The notes below the pieces were generated by a model. The model searched no databases and had not been told where the DNA came from. It saw only the letters and a list, made by a program, of their open reading frames with translations. The translations under genes were made by a program, and so were the position numbers. From Adineta vaga (taxonomy: Eukaryota > Animalia > Rotifera), in assembly GCA_021613535.1 (NCBI GenBank), contig CP075496.1:13144001-13208000 (forward strand): DNA of 64,000 nt, written 5' to 3'. Positions 12,660 to 25,525 of the stretch are shown here, piece after piece; position 1 is the first letter of the stretch, and the number at the start of each line of letters is the position of its first letter.

Positions 12660-14060
12660 AATTTCTTTTCTAAAAGAATATTTTCTTAATTTAAATCTTT
12701 TCGAATCAAGTTTAAATGAAAATGAAAGAAAAGATGACCATCAGAAACAATGGAATATTAATATAACTCATGTTTATCTCATAATTCTTATATTTATTCT
12801 AGTTAGTTTTAATTTATATACCTCCTTCAAAACAAAAATGATAACAGTAACCATTAAAAACTAACAACAGATCCATGTAGACAAGTTCCTATTGATCGAA
12901 ACTGTCCATGTTCTCATATATCTCCATTATATGATGAATTTACGTCAATCAAAGTCAGTTTTCATCTAGTTGGTTCAAGTGATTTTATTACAACTCGATA
13001 GATAAAATCCATTTATTCTGGAATATGTTTCTCTAATGTTAGTTATTATGATTTTTTATTATATGACAATGCTCAATTTCAAGCTCTTTCTCGTTTTTGT
13101 TCTTTATCAAAATCTGTTATTGAACAAAGTATCACTTCATTTGGATTAAATCCATTATTAAGTCCAGAAATATTGACTAAAACAGTTCTTGAAATTTATG
13201 CTGAATCAGCATTTGATCAAATTCAATTATCAATAGCAAATATCTTTCGATCACAATTACAATTGAAACGGAAAATTTCCAGAGGAAATCAATTTGTTTC
13301 TGGATTACAAACAAATATTGCCATATTTTTTTTATTTTAAGGAGTTTTATTATGGAACATATTATTTCATTGCGATTTATCAGACGTCAAATAAAGATAG
13401 TTTTCAATGTGATTGTGACGTTTATCTTGATTGTATGACACCACCTTTTATAGTTAGTGAAAGGCAATATACAGAATGGACTATTCCAGGTATCCAATCT
13501 GGTTGTTCACCAATTACTTCAATACTTGGATCAACACTTAAATGTTTTTATAGTCAAACATGCTTATAGAGAATTCTTACATATTTTCCGTAAGCCGAAG
13601 ATTTACAACAATGGATAGCGATGAAAATAATCGTTTGAATATCAATTCGACAGTCAAATCGATGATTGATGTTTTAATAGTCGAAAATTGAGGAAAAAAA
13701 TGTTTCTTATGATAAATATTATACTCAATGTCCACCTTCATCATGTACTTATCACAAAGCAAAACGACCGAAATTCAAGTCAGTGTTGATAAAAATGATC
13801 GGTTCTATAAGTGATTTGACTCCTGCTCTTGGATTTATATATCAACCATCATGAATTTTATAAAACGATTACGATATCCTCAACTAGCAGCACCAGATCC
13901 TTGAATTCCTTGTAAGTATAATCTGATCTACTCTTAAGATAAACAATCTTTTTTTTAGTATCTACTCGTTTACAACAGTTAAAAACTTAATTGATCAAAA
14001 TCATGATACAATTAAATCTGTTCGTTCAATTCTCATTCGAAAAAAGTATCACATTTGATG
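12660..14060 (+). pseudogene. Pseudogene of the bdelloid-expanded uncharacterised membrane protein family (CPCS...FH..CSSDF type)
   Basis: CPCSHISPLYDEF...FHLVGSSDFITTR*, QFQALSRFCSLS, CDC...C, IPGIQSGCSPITSILGSTLKCFYSQTCL, with stops and frameshifts. Confidence 0.6.
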
Positions 14061-14224
14061 ACTATGATCGACTTGGGCGATATGTCAATGTTTGACCTGT
14101 ATGAATTCGTTCATTTGTTCAATTTGACAATAAGAAAATTGACGAGACGTAAACAATGAACATATATTGCATGTACATATATCTAGCCTTGTCTGTATAG
14201 TGATCGGGTCAGTGATAATAAAAT

Positions 14225-16290
14225 ATGAGTCGATCAAATATGCATCTTTTCGATCTACCAAATGAAATATTACTTTTGATTTTGAAGAAATTAAACAATA
14301 TCGATGTTCTTTATTCTTTATTGGATGTTAAAAATGGAAGACTTGACATTCTTGCACAAGAAAATATTTTCACTAACAATCTGAAGTTTGATTCTATTGA
14401 TGATATTTCATTAATCAATCGATTTTGTATTGATATATTACCAAGAATTCATTGTTATGTCAAATCATTCACTTTTCATCCATCTTTTGTGGAACGTATT
14501 CTTCTTGCCAACAAATATCCAAATTTAACTGAAGTTAAAATTATTCATTTTCAACAAGATTTCACCTCAAAGTGTTTTGCAAGCAAGTGCCTTAGTAAAT
14601 AAATTTCATTAGCGCACAGAAATAACGAAAGTCTTGAAAAAGTCAACTTGCATATTTTTTATTTTCTTCGCAGATGAATCAATTCGAGCAATATTTGAAG
14701 TACAAATTACAAATCTTATTCTTGTCAATGATGATCCCTATGAAATAGCAGATTCATTTAAAAATTATACTACAAATATCTACGCATATATATTAAGTTT
14801 CTTTAAGAATTTAAAAAAATTGAAAGTTCTTGAATCATCTCATGAATCGTACCCGCCATTATCACTGTGCGATTTATCGTCGAATACATTCTCCTCTTCA
14901 ATTCTTACTCATTTATGTATCAATGTCAACACTTTAGATGATTGTCTTTATTTACTTGATGGACGACTTAAGCAATTAACAGCATTATCTGTTAATGTCG
15001 ATATTATAGACGATTCTTCAACAATTGTCCATAATATGGTAAGTTTTCATAGATAATCCATTGTTGTGAGATAAACATTTTTGAGAGAGAAATGGAAAAA
15101 ATTCAATGATTAGTTGTAGAACCAAACAAAAGTTGATAAGTATTGATAACTATTTAAATAGTATGAACATACAGTTTGTATTTGTTAGGAGAAATTTGAA
15201 TATAATTGCAGAATGGGAGATGCAATTTTCCTCAATAGTGAGATAAATGAGTAGAATTTTATGAAAAAGTTTTCAATTATTCTGTCAACATTTTTTTTTG
15301 TTTTACTTTAACCGAAGAGAATCGAACTGATAAAGAGAACATGTGAGACAATTGTCAGACAAGACACCCATCGAGATTAGTAATCAATATTAATTGTTTT
15401 TTAGTGATCAGACAATTAAAAATGATTTTTTTTTGTAGGATATTTTACCTAATCTGAAATGTTTCTCATTACGGTCGTTTGAGAGATTCGAACAATACAA
15501 TAAAATTCCATCACTTCTCCGTCGTATGTTATTTGTAGAAAATTTAACTTTATACATTCGTCTCAAAAATCAAAACAGAGTTGTTGATGGTACTTCTATT
15601 CAACATGATATTCTTGATAATATGCATAAACTTCAATTATTCACTTTTTATATTGGAGTTTATCTTGATACAATTGATTTATCATACAAGATATCAAATG
15701 AAGATATTCAAAAAACATTGACGACTATTGGACAATCTGCAACTAGTATTCTCAATTATGATATTAGTAACAAAATTATGTGTTCGATTTTTTCATTACC
15801 TTTTGCATTCGAATCTATCAGAGAACTTGGCAATAGTTTTCCAGATATCTCGTTCAATTTTGTTACATCGCTATTTGTTGAAGATGTAAAAGCATTCAAG
15901 CATGAATTTTTCATCCGAATTGCTCGGTCATTTCCACTATTAAAATGGTTGTGTATAATTAATGTTGAATCACAATTATCATATGATATGAATCCATTTA
16001 CAATTGATAATAACCAATCATATTCAACAGTTGAATTTCCTCATTTAATGTCACTCGATGTGAGATATGCACATATCGATTATGTGGAACAATTTTTAAA
16101 TGAAAGAAAGGCACTCGTACCATGTTTAACGGAATTAAGTGTGATGGATTTCAAATTAAAAATGGTAACCAATAATTTTACAAGAGATGGTACTCGATAT
16201 ATTTGTTCTAAGCTCAAAAAGTTATCCTTACTAGGATCATTGGAACGTTCGGACACTTTTTCTGCCTACTTTTCTTCGATAGAAACATGA
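14225..16290 (+). CDS. F-box protein with LRR-like C-terminus (bdelloid-expanded family); exons ~14225-14582, 14674-15038, 15439-16290
   Basis: F-box LFDLPNEILLLILKKLNNIDVLYSLL; DCLYLLDGRLKQL; LPNLKCFSL; HEFFIRIARSFPLL; DYVEQFL. Confidence 0.85.
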
Positions 16291-16399
16291 TCTAATCTTG
16301 TTGTTTTTATTGAAGAAAAAAAGAACGATTTTTTCGATGAAAAAAAAGAAAAAATTGTTGTTTTTCTTCTCATGAATGTTGTTATTATTGTTGATCGGT

Positions 16400-17760
16400 C
16401 TTTTTGTTATCTTTGTCCAAATAAAAAATTGCTTATGTATATTTCTTTTGGGAAACCATTTACTTTTCTTCTCGTATAGCTTCTGTATTTGTTGATTGTA
16501 CTTCTCTTGTTCAAGATAATGGCCTTCGATTTCTCGTTTCAATAATTCGATCGTTGCCTTTTTCTGATTGATAATAGATGTATTGTAGGAATTTAATGCC
16601 ATTAGTTTATCAATCTAAACAAGGAAAAACATTTTTTGGAAAATATCTTATCAAATATGTTATCACTTCTTGTTCGATAGTTAAATCTTTCTTTGCGGGC
16701 ATATTGAAGAATTCAAAACGATTATTTGATTTGATATATTCTTGTTTTGATCGTGTAAATGACTGGAAAACGAAGAAACCATGTTTATATATTGAGTTTC
16801 TTTTCGTTCGATCACGTTGTGAACGAATGTTTTCTCTTATCTAGGTCATGGTTAATTCTTTCATTTCTACATATCGTGATGACACCTGGAAACAAAATAT
16901 CTCTATCATCTAAATCATACTGTTATTCACCGAACCCTTATTTACTTGCTTCATCCATTATATGAAATGTATAAAGATTACTAGAGTGAGAAAACATTAC
17001 ATTTTTTCATTTCAGTAAATTATGAAATTCTCTGCTTTGCATATTGGCTGATGTTTATGTTAACATGTGCTTAAAAATTTATCTCAATGATAGGTTCTTT
17101 CTCCTGATTAACTAATGAATAAATTTATAATCAATATACAACTATAATAAGATATTTTATTTTCGGATAAAAAAAAAAATTTACGACTACAATTTTTGTT
17201 GTTGTTATTGATCGAGCTTGTGTTTGAACATCACCATAGGTACCTTGCTGAGCACGATAATGTTCCGGAAATGTTAATAATTGAAAATATGAAAAAGCAT
17301 ATGCTTTAACATCTGTATTGGCAAGTACATTTTCAATTGATGTGCCATTACGTCGAAATCGATTAAGAATCTCTTGCAAATCATGTTTATCAACATTATG
17401 ATTGTTCACAAGTAATCGCCCTTGTTCTAAGGTAAAACCCATCGAAGTGCAATCTTTAGCACTTTTGCAACCGGTAACACGAACACCACATGCTCGGCGA
17501 CAAATCTAAAATGATCATTTCATAAAAATTAATAAAAAAAGAACAACAACTTTCTCAATTGTTGTTCATTACCTTTTCAGCAAGTGGAAAAATGTGAACA
17601 TTTTTTGGTTTATTTGATCGGATTGAATGTTCTAATTGTTTCAACAAATCAGGAATATCCTCTGAAGAATATATTCACTATTTTCAAAGATGTGGTTCAT
17701 ATCTGATAATTACCAGGCAAATAATTCAGACTTTTGTTAATGAATGCTTTGAGTTTATCT
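16400..17760 (-). pseudogene. Degraded uncharacterised gene, paralogous to 8081-8267
   Basis: Exon ICRRACGVRVTGCKSAKDCTSMGFTLEQGRLLVNNHNVDKHDLQEIL...FPEHYRAQQGTYGDVQ; downstream segments contain stops; outer limits approximate. Confidence 0.45.
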
Positions 17761-17963
17761 AAATTGTTATAATTAAGATCACTTTCGACTTGAGTTGTTG
17801 AGAATAGATTCAATCTAGGAAACAAATAATTTGAATTATGTATTACTATATTTCGTTCATTTCTATTCTCTTTATAACTTACGTCAATATTCGTGCAGCC
17901 AATGCTCGTTCATTGATACCAATATTAAATACTACTCGTACAATTCGAACAGATCCACCATCT

Positions 17964-18582
17964 TAGTGGCGGAACCAGGATTTTTCGGATGCTGGATCTC
18001 AGCTTCAGAGCATGGGTCCTAGTTAAAACTTATGGGGGATAAGATTGGCTTTAAATGGTGAGTTTCTATCAACTGATTTTTGTGATCGGAATTTGCTAAA
18101 AGAATTAGCATTTTCCTGAGCCCCCAGAAAATATTCAATACTATTAATAGTGTCTCATTTTTGAAAATGCCACAGCAAGCTACATAAAATTTAATCGACA
18201 GATTTCAAATTTCATGTTAAAATGTCGATCCGTTCAGGAGTTATGACGTTTTGCACTTTTTAAGCAGTAGGCAAAAAACTCCAACAGAGATTCAAAACGT
18301 CATAACTCCTGAACGGATCGACATTTTAACATGAAATTTGAAATCTGTCGATTAAATTTTATGTAGCTTGCTGTGCCATTCTCAAAAATGAGACAGAATT
18401 AATAGTATTGAGTATTTTCTTGGGGCTCAGGAAAATGCTAATTTTTTTAGCAAATTCCGATCACAAAAATCAGTTGATAGAAACTCACCATTTAAGGCCA
18501 ATCTTATCCCCCATAAGTTTTAACTAGGACCCATGCTCTGAAGCTGAGATCCAGCATCCGAAAAATCCTGGTTCCGCCACTA
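17964..18582. mobile_element. Near-perfect foldback MITE, 619 bp: ~290-bp arms, 39-bp spacer
   Basis: TAGTGGCGGAACCAGGATTTTTCGG...CCGAAAAATCCTGGTTCCGCCACTA; arms 17964-18253 and 18293-18582. TSD is ambiguous (terminal TA or flanking CT), so no superfamily is assigned. Confidence 0.9.
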
Positions 18583-18757
18583 CTAAAAACCCCATCACAT
18601 ACGTTACAGACAGACGCAATGATCCCACATTGAGAGTGCGGACGTGTGAGGGTAGTTTATTTACACATCGAGCTTACTCACACTCACCTTCAGTTACCTA
18701 AACTCTGTATTCATTTATCTATGAAAATTATCACAAATAATTCAGATTTTCGGAATA

Positions 18758-19311
18758 ATGCAAATACCGAACAATTACCTATCAGAAATCTCCGTTGCAA
18801 TGATAGAAACAGATTTATCGTATTTCACATTTTTAAACGCGCAAGGGATTGCGCTGAAAGCTTTTTTATTCTCTTTGATTAACAAGACAACATGGACAAT
18901 GGCAAATGCTCTTTCTATTGGTTCATTAAGATATATAACCCAGTAATCGGTCGTTGATCAATTACTTGCTCAATCAAAATATCGAAAATGTCGACTCTTT
19001 GTCGTTTTGTATTACCAACAGCGTTATCATCAATTGAAGAAGCATGTGTAGCAGAATTTAATGAATTTAAAAAACGTAAGAAGGAGATAGCACAAAATAA
19101 ATCGTCAGCAAAACGTTTAACAAATACAGCGGGAGGAATAACAACAAATCTAACAAGTTCGAATGATTCATCACGTCATTCAAAAGATTCCATACGAAAT
19201 CCTGAACAAGCAAAAGAAGCAGCAAAAAAACTTGTTCAAAGTGGTGCTATTAAAGTTCAAGCACAAGGTAAAGATCAAGGTTTTAAACATGCATCATCGA
19301 ATTCAGAGTAG
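18758..19311 (+). pseudogene. Uncharacterised coding-like remnant (two ORFs broken by a stop and a frameshift)
   Basis: ORFs 18758-18946 and 18988-19311 have protein-like composition; no recognisable domain; ends at the next element. Confidence 0.3.
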
Positions 19312-19699
19312 CTGCCTAATTCGACTTATAATATAAATGGATTTTCATTATTGTATATCTATACGTCTATCAACAGATATAGATATAGACATATATACCT
19401 CACCCATGTTAAGTTAGGAATACAGGAATAGATATAGTTCCATTTATATATAGATATACATACCTTACCCATGTTCAGTTAGGAATATAGGAATATGGTG
19501 GATGAGTGTGTTAGTATTACATCTGTCTAACACCCACACCTTCAAAATGATATATATATATATATATATAAATGAAAGTATATCTATTCCTATATTCCTA
19601 ACTTAACATGGGTAAGGTATGTATATCTATTTATATTCGAATTGATATGATGCTTGTGAGTGTCCATTTATATTATAACTATAATTAGGCAGCTCATGG
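19310..19699. mobile_element. Non-autonomous inverted-repeat element with internal repeats
   Basis: AGCTGCCTAATT...TTATAATATAAATGGA pairs with TCCATTTATATTATAA...AATTAGGCAGCT; ATACCTTACCCATGTTAAGTTAGGAATA-like unit twice forward and once reverse; related end fragment at 21631-21706. Confidence 0.7.
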
Positions 19700-19809
19700 A
19701 ATTTATTGAACTATACACATCTAAATCAATGAATTCAAAAAGAGAAGAAAACAAAAAGAAAATTAATTAATTGATTGGTCGGTTTGACCGGATCGTCAGA
19801 GAAATTTGA

Positions 19810-20582
19810 ACTCAGTCCTTTTCATTTCTTTTTTCCGCGTTTAATTCAACATTTTTTATTATATTATCAAGCTTTGTGAAGAGTAACTCCATCTGATCAT
19901 GTCGATTTTGTTCTTGATGTTTCAATAGTTCGATAATATTTCGTTTGAATGATTTATCTCGACGATCATACCTATTTTATTGAAATATAACGAACTGTTT
20001 TGTCTGCATAAAAAGTTTTCCGTTGGTCAATTTACTTCTTCTGTTGCTTTTTGAACGAGTGTGTAACACTTCGATAAAAACGTTTTTGCTCTTCTTTCAT
20101 ATCTGCCAGAAAATTACCATCTCTTCCAGTTGTACGTATTTGATCAGTTTGATGATTGTGAAATCGTTCATTCTAGATTAAAAATAGTTTATTTAGTAAA
20201 AATTAATCTAACACTATTTCTTTTAAACGAAATGAATGTAGATAATTCACCTGTTCGAAATCACCATCGTCATCGGTAATCCACATACAATCCTCATCTT
20301 TATTTGTTTGGTTAACTGACTGACTTATGATGGATATTTTTTACGTTTCCTTCCTATACCTCATTGTGCGTATTTATATACATTTATTCGACAACTAAAC
20401 ATTTCGCCGGCAGCATGGTTAATCACTCATTAGCCACTTCTGGCGAGAATGAAAAAAGAAGCAGATGAACTTACCATATTCCGCCCATTCATTCTTCGGT
20501 CATCATCAGTTTCGATCAATCTGGTAGATTCAAAGATCGGTCGTGGAGCACTTCGAGCACGATTCGTTCGATAGTTTGACAT
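19810..20582 (-). pseudogene. Degraded multi-exon gene remnant of unknown family
   Basis: ATG 20582, MSNYRTNRARSAPRPIFE...NM|GTAAGT; later exon-like blocks (DEDCMWITDDDGDFEQ|GTGAAT; AG|NERFHNHQ...) carry stops and frameshifts. Confidence 0.35.
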
Positions 20583-20583
20583 A

Positions 20584-20983
20584 CAGTAGAACCTCTCATA
20601 GTGGACGCTCCTATATAGTGGACAGTTTTGAAAGTACCAGATGTTAGTTTTTGCAGGAAATGGACCTCCCTATAGTGGAATTTGAATATAATTATATACG
20701 ATGAAGATTTTTGAAAAGCGTATTGGTGCTCATAAGAGAAATTCGACTAGATTTTTGACAACTATGAAGTTATCGAGAGCAAAGATGCAAGTAAGAACAA
20801 CTAATAATACACAGTAGCATATTGTATTGTTCACTAGGAACCCTTAGGTATCTACAAAACATATTTACTCTGTGTTTGAAAGAGCTATTCTATAAAATAC
20901 CTCACCTCTATATAGTGGACACCTCTTTACAGTGGACACTTTTGAATGGTCCTGAGAGTGTCCACTATAGAGAGGTTCTACTG
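20584..20983. mobile_element. pogo/Tigger-like MITE, 400 bp, TA TSD
   Basis: TA|CAGTAGAACCTCTC...AGAGGTTCTACTG|TA with repeated subterminal TATAGTGGAC motifs. Confidence 0.9.
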
Positions 20984-21388
20984 TATTAAGATAAAATTTA
21001 AATATAACTTTAAAATTTGTCTCTTCGGTCATGTCCGATATAGTTAGGTACAAAAGGAACAAAATAAATCAACGAAAGCATTGATATATTTCAGCAAGTT
21101 TTAAACTGAATCAGTACAAAATAGAAGTGTACAACAATTACCTTTTGATATTTACTTATCTCTTCTTTTTTGACTTCATAGACTGCTGAGCGCAGTATAC
21201 TTATTTCGAATAGATTGGAAAAAAGGAATTAAATGAATGTTGACTTATACATGATGATATATCTTTTCCGACCTGAACAGTCTATTTATAGGTTAATTCA
21301 TCTTTAGTTCATTTTTATTTTGTTCCAGTCTATTTAAGATGTAAGAAAGATAAATCCATTATGAAATATGATTTGCTTTGTTTTCATA

Positions 21389-21585
21389 CACTCTAAAAAA
21401 AAAGAGGAGTTTTACCGAACCTGTATTCAGGGGAAGATCCTTTAAGGTTTCGTATCGATTTGCCCCACTAAAAGAAGATCGATGAAGATTCAACCGAACG
21501 TTTTTTGGACCAGTGAATCGCTACGAAACCTCAACGGATCTTCCCCTTGATACAGGTTCGGTAAAACTCCTCTTTTTTTAGAATG
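21389..21585. mobile_element. Small hairpin MITE, ~197 bp, CAC-type end
   Basis: CACTCTAAAAAAAAAGAGGAGTTTTACCGAACCTGTAT pairs with ATACAGGTTCGGTAAAACTCCTCTTTTTTTAGAATG; imperfect arms of about 80 bp. Confidence 0.8.
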
Positions 21586-22711
21586 ATATATATACATATT
21601 AAAACTAAATCTAACTAAAACTAAATCGATATGGGTTAGGGTATGTATGGATATATATATATATATATGTTGATTTATATTATAACTCTAATGAGACAAT
21701 TCATGGTAGAATCTGTAGTCAAAAAGAATTCGAAGTAATGCGATGAATCATCAAACGAGAGTGAAGGCAGAAAAATCAATAATAGAATTTATGAAAAGAT
21801 AGTGACTTTGAAACAGTATAAAATGCAAAATTAGGGAAAAATTTTTGATCGATATTTTTTTGCATTGCGGAAACTTTTAATTTTTGCGGAAGATTCTGTA
21901 CCCCTGCTTGGAATTACAAACATAAAACATTTAATTCAACAATCTGATTTCAAATCTGAAGAAGATGAAGATGAGCAATACATTCATCTTTTATATTTTC
22001 GCCTTTTCAATGATTATGTATCTAATCATACGATTGATTTTTATGTCTCTGTTATTTTGATTTTACACAATAATAATAACAAACAGTTCAAATCTATTTC
22101 ATATTTAGTAAGATGTATTTCGAAGGTGAAGATTGACAAGTAGTTCTCAAATATAAAATGTTATAATTTAGATCTAGGACATTTTCACCTACTCTCGATA
22201 TTCAAATCTTTCGATCCTCTCGTTGTAAACAAGCGGTACCGTTGTTTTTCCTAGCCGATGAAATCATCATTTCTATTACATTAGAACATAAACAGGATAC
22301 AATTTTTCGTTTCAAACGATATTTGAACTCAATCAAAGTATACACAATTCTACACATCAGAACGTTCAATCGTAACAAAAGCATTTCTAATGAAGTTTTG
22401 TTTTTCTTTTGTTCTCAATCGAATAATTCATTCTATTAACAAATAAATTTGTCTGGACAGTTTATTGTAAACAAATTGAATTTTCTTTCCCTAGAGAAAA
22501 TTCTCTACTTGTCTATCTAAAACCAATGACTAGTCAATTAAAACTGACACACGTTCAATTATATTGTTGATCGGTTATCGTCGTCGTTCTTTCTTAGAAT
22601 AATAAACATACAAGCAAATCTCAAGAGAAAAGAACATGATACATTAAATTTCTTATATTGCACGATTGAAAACAAAAGCTATACAACATAGAAAAACAAA
22701 AAGAAATCTAT

Positions 22712-25525
22712 TTAGAGTATTTCATCTTCAAATGATCGACTCATTTTAACATATGTTGACGATGATGAACTTGATAATGATGATGATTTATTTGCTGATA
22801 ATCGATCTGTAAATGTTGTTAAACGAGTTGAATCATTTGTTGCCGTTGTTGATGTTGATACTGTTGTCATTGCTGTAAATTGTGGTGATGGCGATGATAA
22901 TAATAATGTATCATTTTCCGCTTCATCGTTCAATGAAGAAGAAAATGATGGTGTTAAATGTGTTGTTGGTTTATTTCTCAAGGATTCGATTCGTTGTTGT
23001 CGTTGTCGATAATAAAAACAGCAACAAATTAAAAATATGATGATAATAAAACATACTAAACTAATAAGAATAATTGAAATTAAATACATAAATGTTCGAG
23101 GATGAATTTCTATGGATGATATTGATGAATCATTTCGACATTCCGATGGTTCATAAACAATGTAGAGAAGAAAATTTCTATATATTGTTGAGAAATTTTT
23201 CAGTTGACCTTGATCAGTTAGTTTAAGATCAAATTTATATTCTTGAAAAATTCCATCAAGAATAACAAGACCATTTGGAAGAATTCTTATATCCGACGAG
23301 GAAGGATTAATCATTGAAAAGATAATTTCACCATTCTGATTTTCATCTGGATCATAACCTTCAAATTGAATTTCAATTGTTTGATTACTATTTGTAAGAT
23401 TATAGATATAACAATAAGGAGATTGAGTTAATAATTTTGGTTGATTATCATTTTGATCAAGAATTTGAATTTCTATTGAAATAATATCCGTATGGATAGA
23501 ATCATTGGCAATAATACGAAATTGAATTTGATTGATCTGTTCACGATCGATACTTCGTTTTGTATATAAATAACCATTTGAATTTAATTCAATCCAATGT
23601 TTTATTCGAATAAAATCATCTGGATGGATTGAATAGATAATTTGATTATTTTTATCATTATCTTCTGCTTGAATTTGTCCAATGAAAGTTTGATTTGGTT
23701 GATTTTCTTCAAGATGAAATCGAGTAAAATTTGTTGGAAATCTAACCGGATTATCATTTAAATCATGAATTTGTATAACTATTGGCATCAATGTTCGATG
23801 ACCGACTTTATCTTCTGCTTGAATAGAAAATTGATAGAACGATTGTTTTTCATAATCGAGACTTTGTAAAATAATTAATTGATTTCGTTCATTTAATTTA
23901 AAAAGATGTTTATAATCATTATCTGAAGAATCAAATTGAAGTTGCAATGTAATTTGATCATGTTCATCGGGATCATAGACTTCAAATGTATGAAGAAGGA
24001 AATTGTCTTGGTTATTTTCATCGAGTTCAAATGTATAATTGCTTGTATTAACAAAACTTGGTGAGCAATCATTAACATCAATTAAATGTAATTCGAAAAA
24101 GTTTTCATTTGTTTGTTTCGGTTGACCATGATCAGAAGCAAATAATGTAAAAGAATAGAAAGATTTTTCTTCACGATCAAGTTGACGAATTGTTTTTAAA
24201 GCATAGGTATTATCAGTAACATTTTCTAATCGTAAAATAGAATCTTTATCTAATGGAGGAGATATTTCCAGTGTAACACGTCCATTTTCACCAGTATCAC
24301 GATCAGATACAGTGATGTAAAGTATCGGTGTTCCAAGAGAGATATTTTCTAAGAGATAAATTACTGAATTATTAATCAATTGAACATCAGCTGGCGAGAA
24401 AGTGAACATTTCAGGTGGCCAATCATTTTCATCGGTAACCTAGAAAGAGAGGATATTAGTTCTTTCTTGTTAGTTTCATTAAAATTATGAAAGAATATTT
24501 ACTTCGATAATAACTGTAGCATAAGTTGGAACAGCATTGGGTCCTAGATCTTTCGCTTGAATTTGTAGTTCATAATTATTTCTTTCTTCATAATCTAAAT
24601 TTTTGACAAGAGTAATTGTACCATTTTCAGTATTTAAATGAAAGATTGTTTTGATTGTCGCATCATTACGTGTCCATTTCGAGAATGCATATCGAATTTG
24701 TCCATTGAGACCTTCATCTGGATCGAATGCTTTCATTTGAATAAGTTCAGTACCAATTGGAGTCAATTCCGAAATCTTCAGGATTATTGGTGATTGTTGA
24801 TTTTCTTGAAATTTTGGTGAATTATCATTAATATCCGTTACAATTAAAAGAATTTTGGTACAACATGATCGTTTTTGATTATCAATACCTTCATAAGCAC
24901 AAAAATGAAAGAAATATTTCTCTTGAACTTCTCTATCTAATGCTTGAACAATAATTAGTGATGGACGAATTTGATTATCTAAACGAAATTCTGTATAATT
25001 ATTTGACACAATTGAATAGGATTGAACATTATTCGGTGATTGATCAGGATCATGTGCAATAGGTAGAATAATTCGACTATTTAAACGAACACTTTCACTA
25101 ATATTCAAATAATAGATATCATTTGAAAAATAACAAAAATTATCATTTTCATCAAGTATTAATATTGGTACGTAGATAATATGTGTATGAATATCACTAA
25201 GAGCATTGATTTCAAGTTTAAGTAAACATTCATTTAAACATGAACATAAATTTAAACGACAAAGATCTTCTCGATCAAGTGGTCGTTTAACTGTTATCGT
25301 ACCTTTGAGATCATCTAGGAGAAAATAGGATAGAACGGATGATCGTGTTAAAAATGTAAAACCCCAATTGGACGGTGGAAGAATATTTAATAATTGAGTT
25401 ATTGGTGTACCGATTGGAGATAATTCACTACAATTAACAGATGGTAGACGAATATAACGTGATTGACAAAGAGTAATAAAAATCAAAAATTGATAGACTA
25501 TTAACCATAGCCACGAGCAGGACAT
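22712..25525 (-). CDS. Protocadherin-like protein, about 7 cadherin repeats plus TM; exons 25525-24503 and 24439-22712
   Basis: Signal peptide; EC1 LDREDLC..C.C...C; repeated DxNDN, DPD and LDRE/LDYE motifs; TM LISIILISLVCFIIIIFLICCC; Ser/Thr-rich tail. Confidence 0.9.

Noticed and set aside
20865-21062. 65-aa ORF containing YSGH/YRG motifs
   Set aside because: It is a translation of the MITE terminal repeats.
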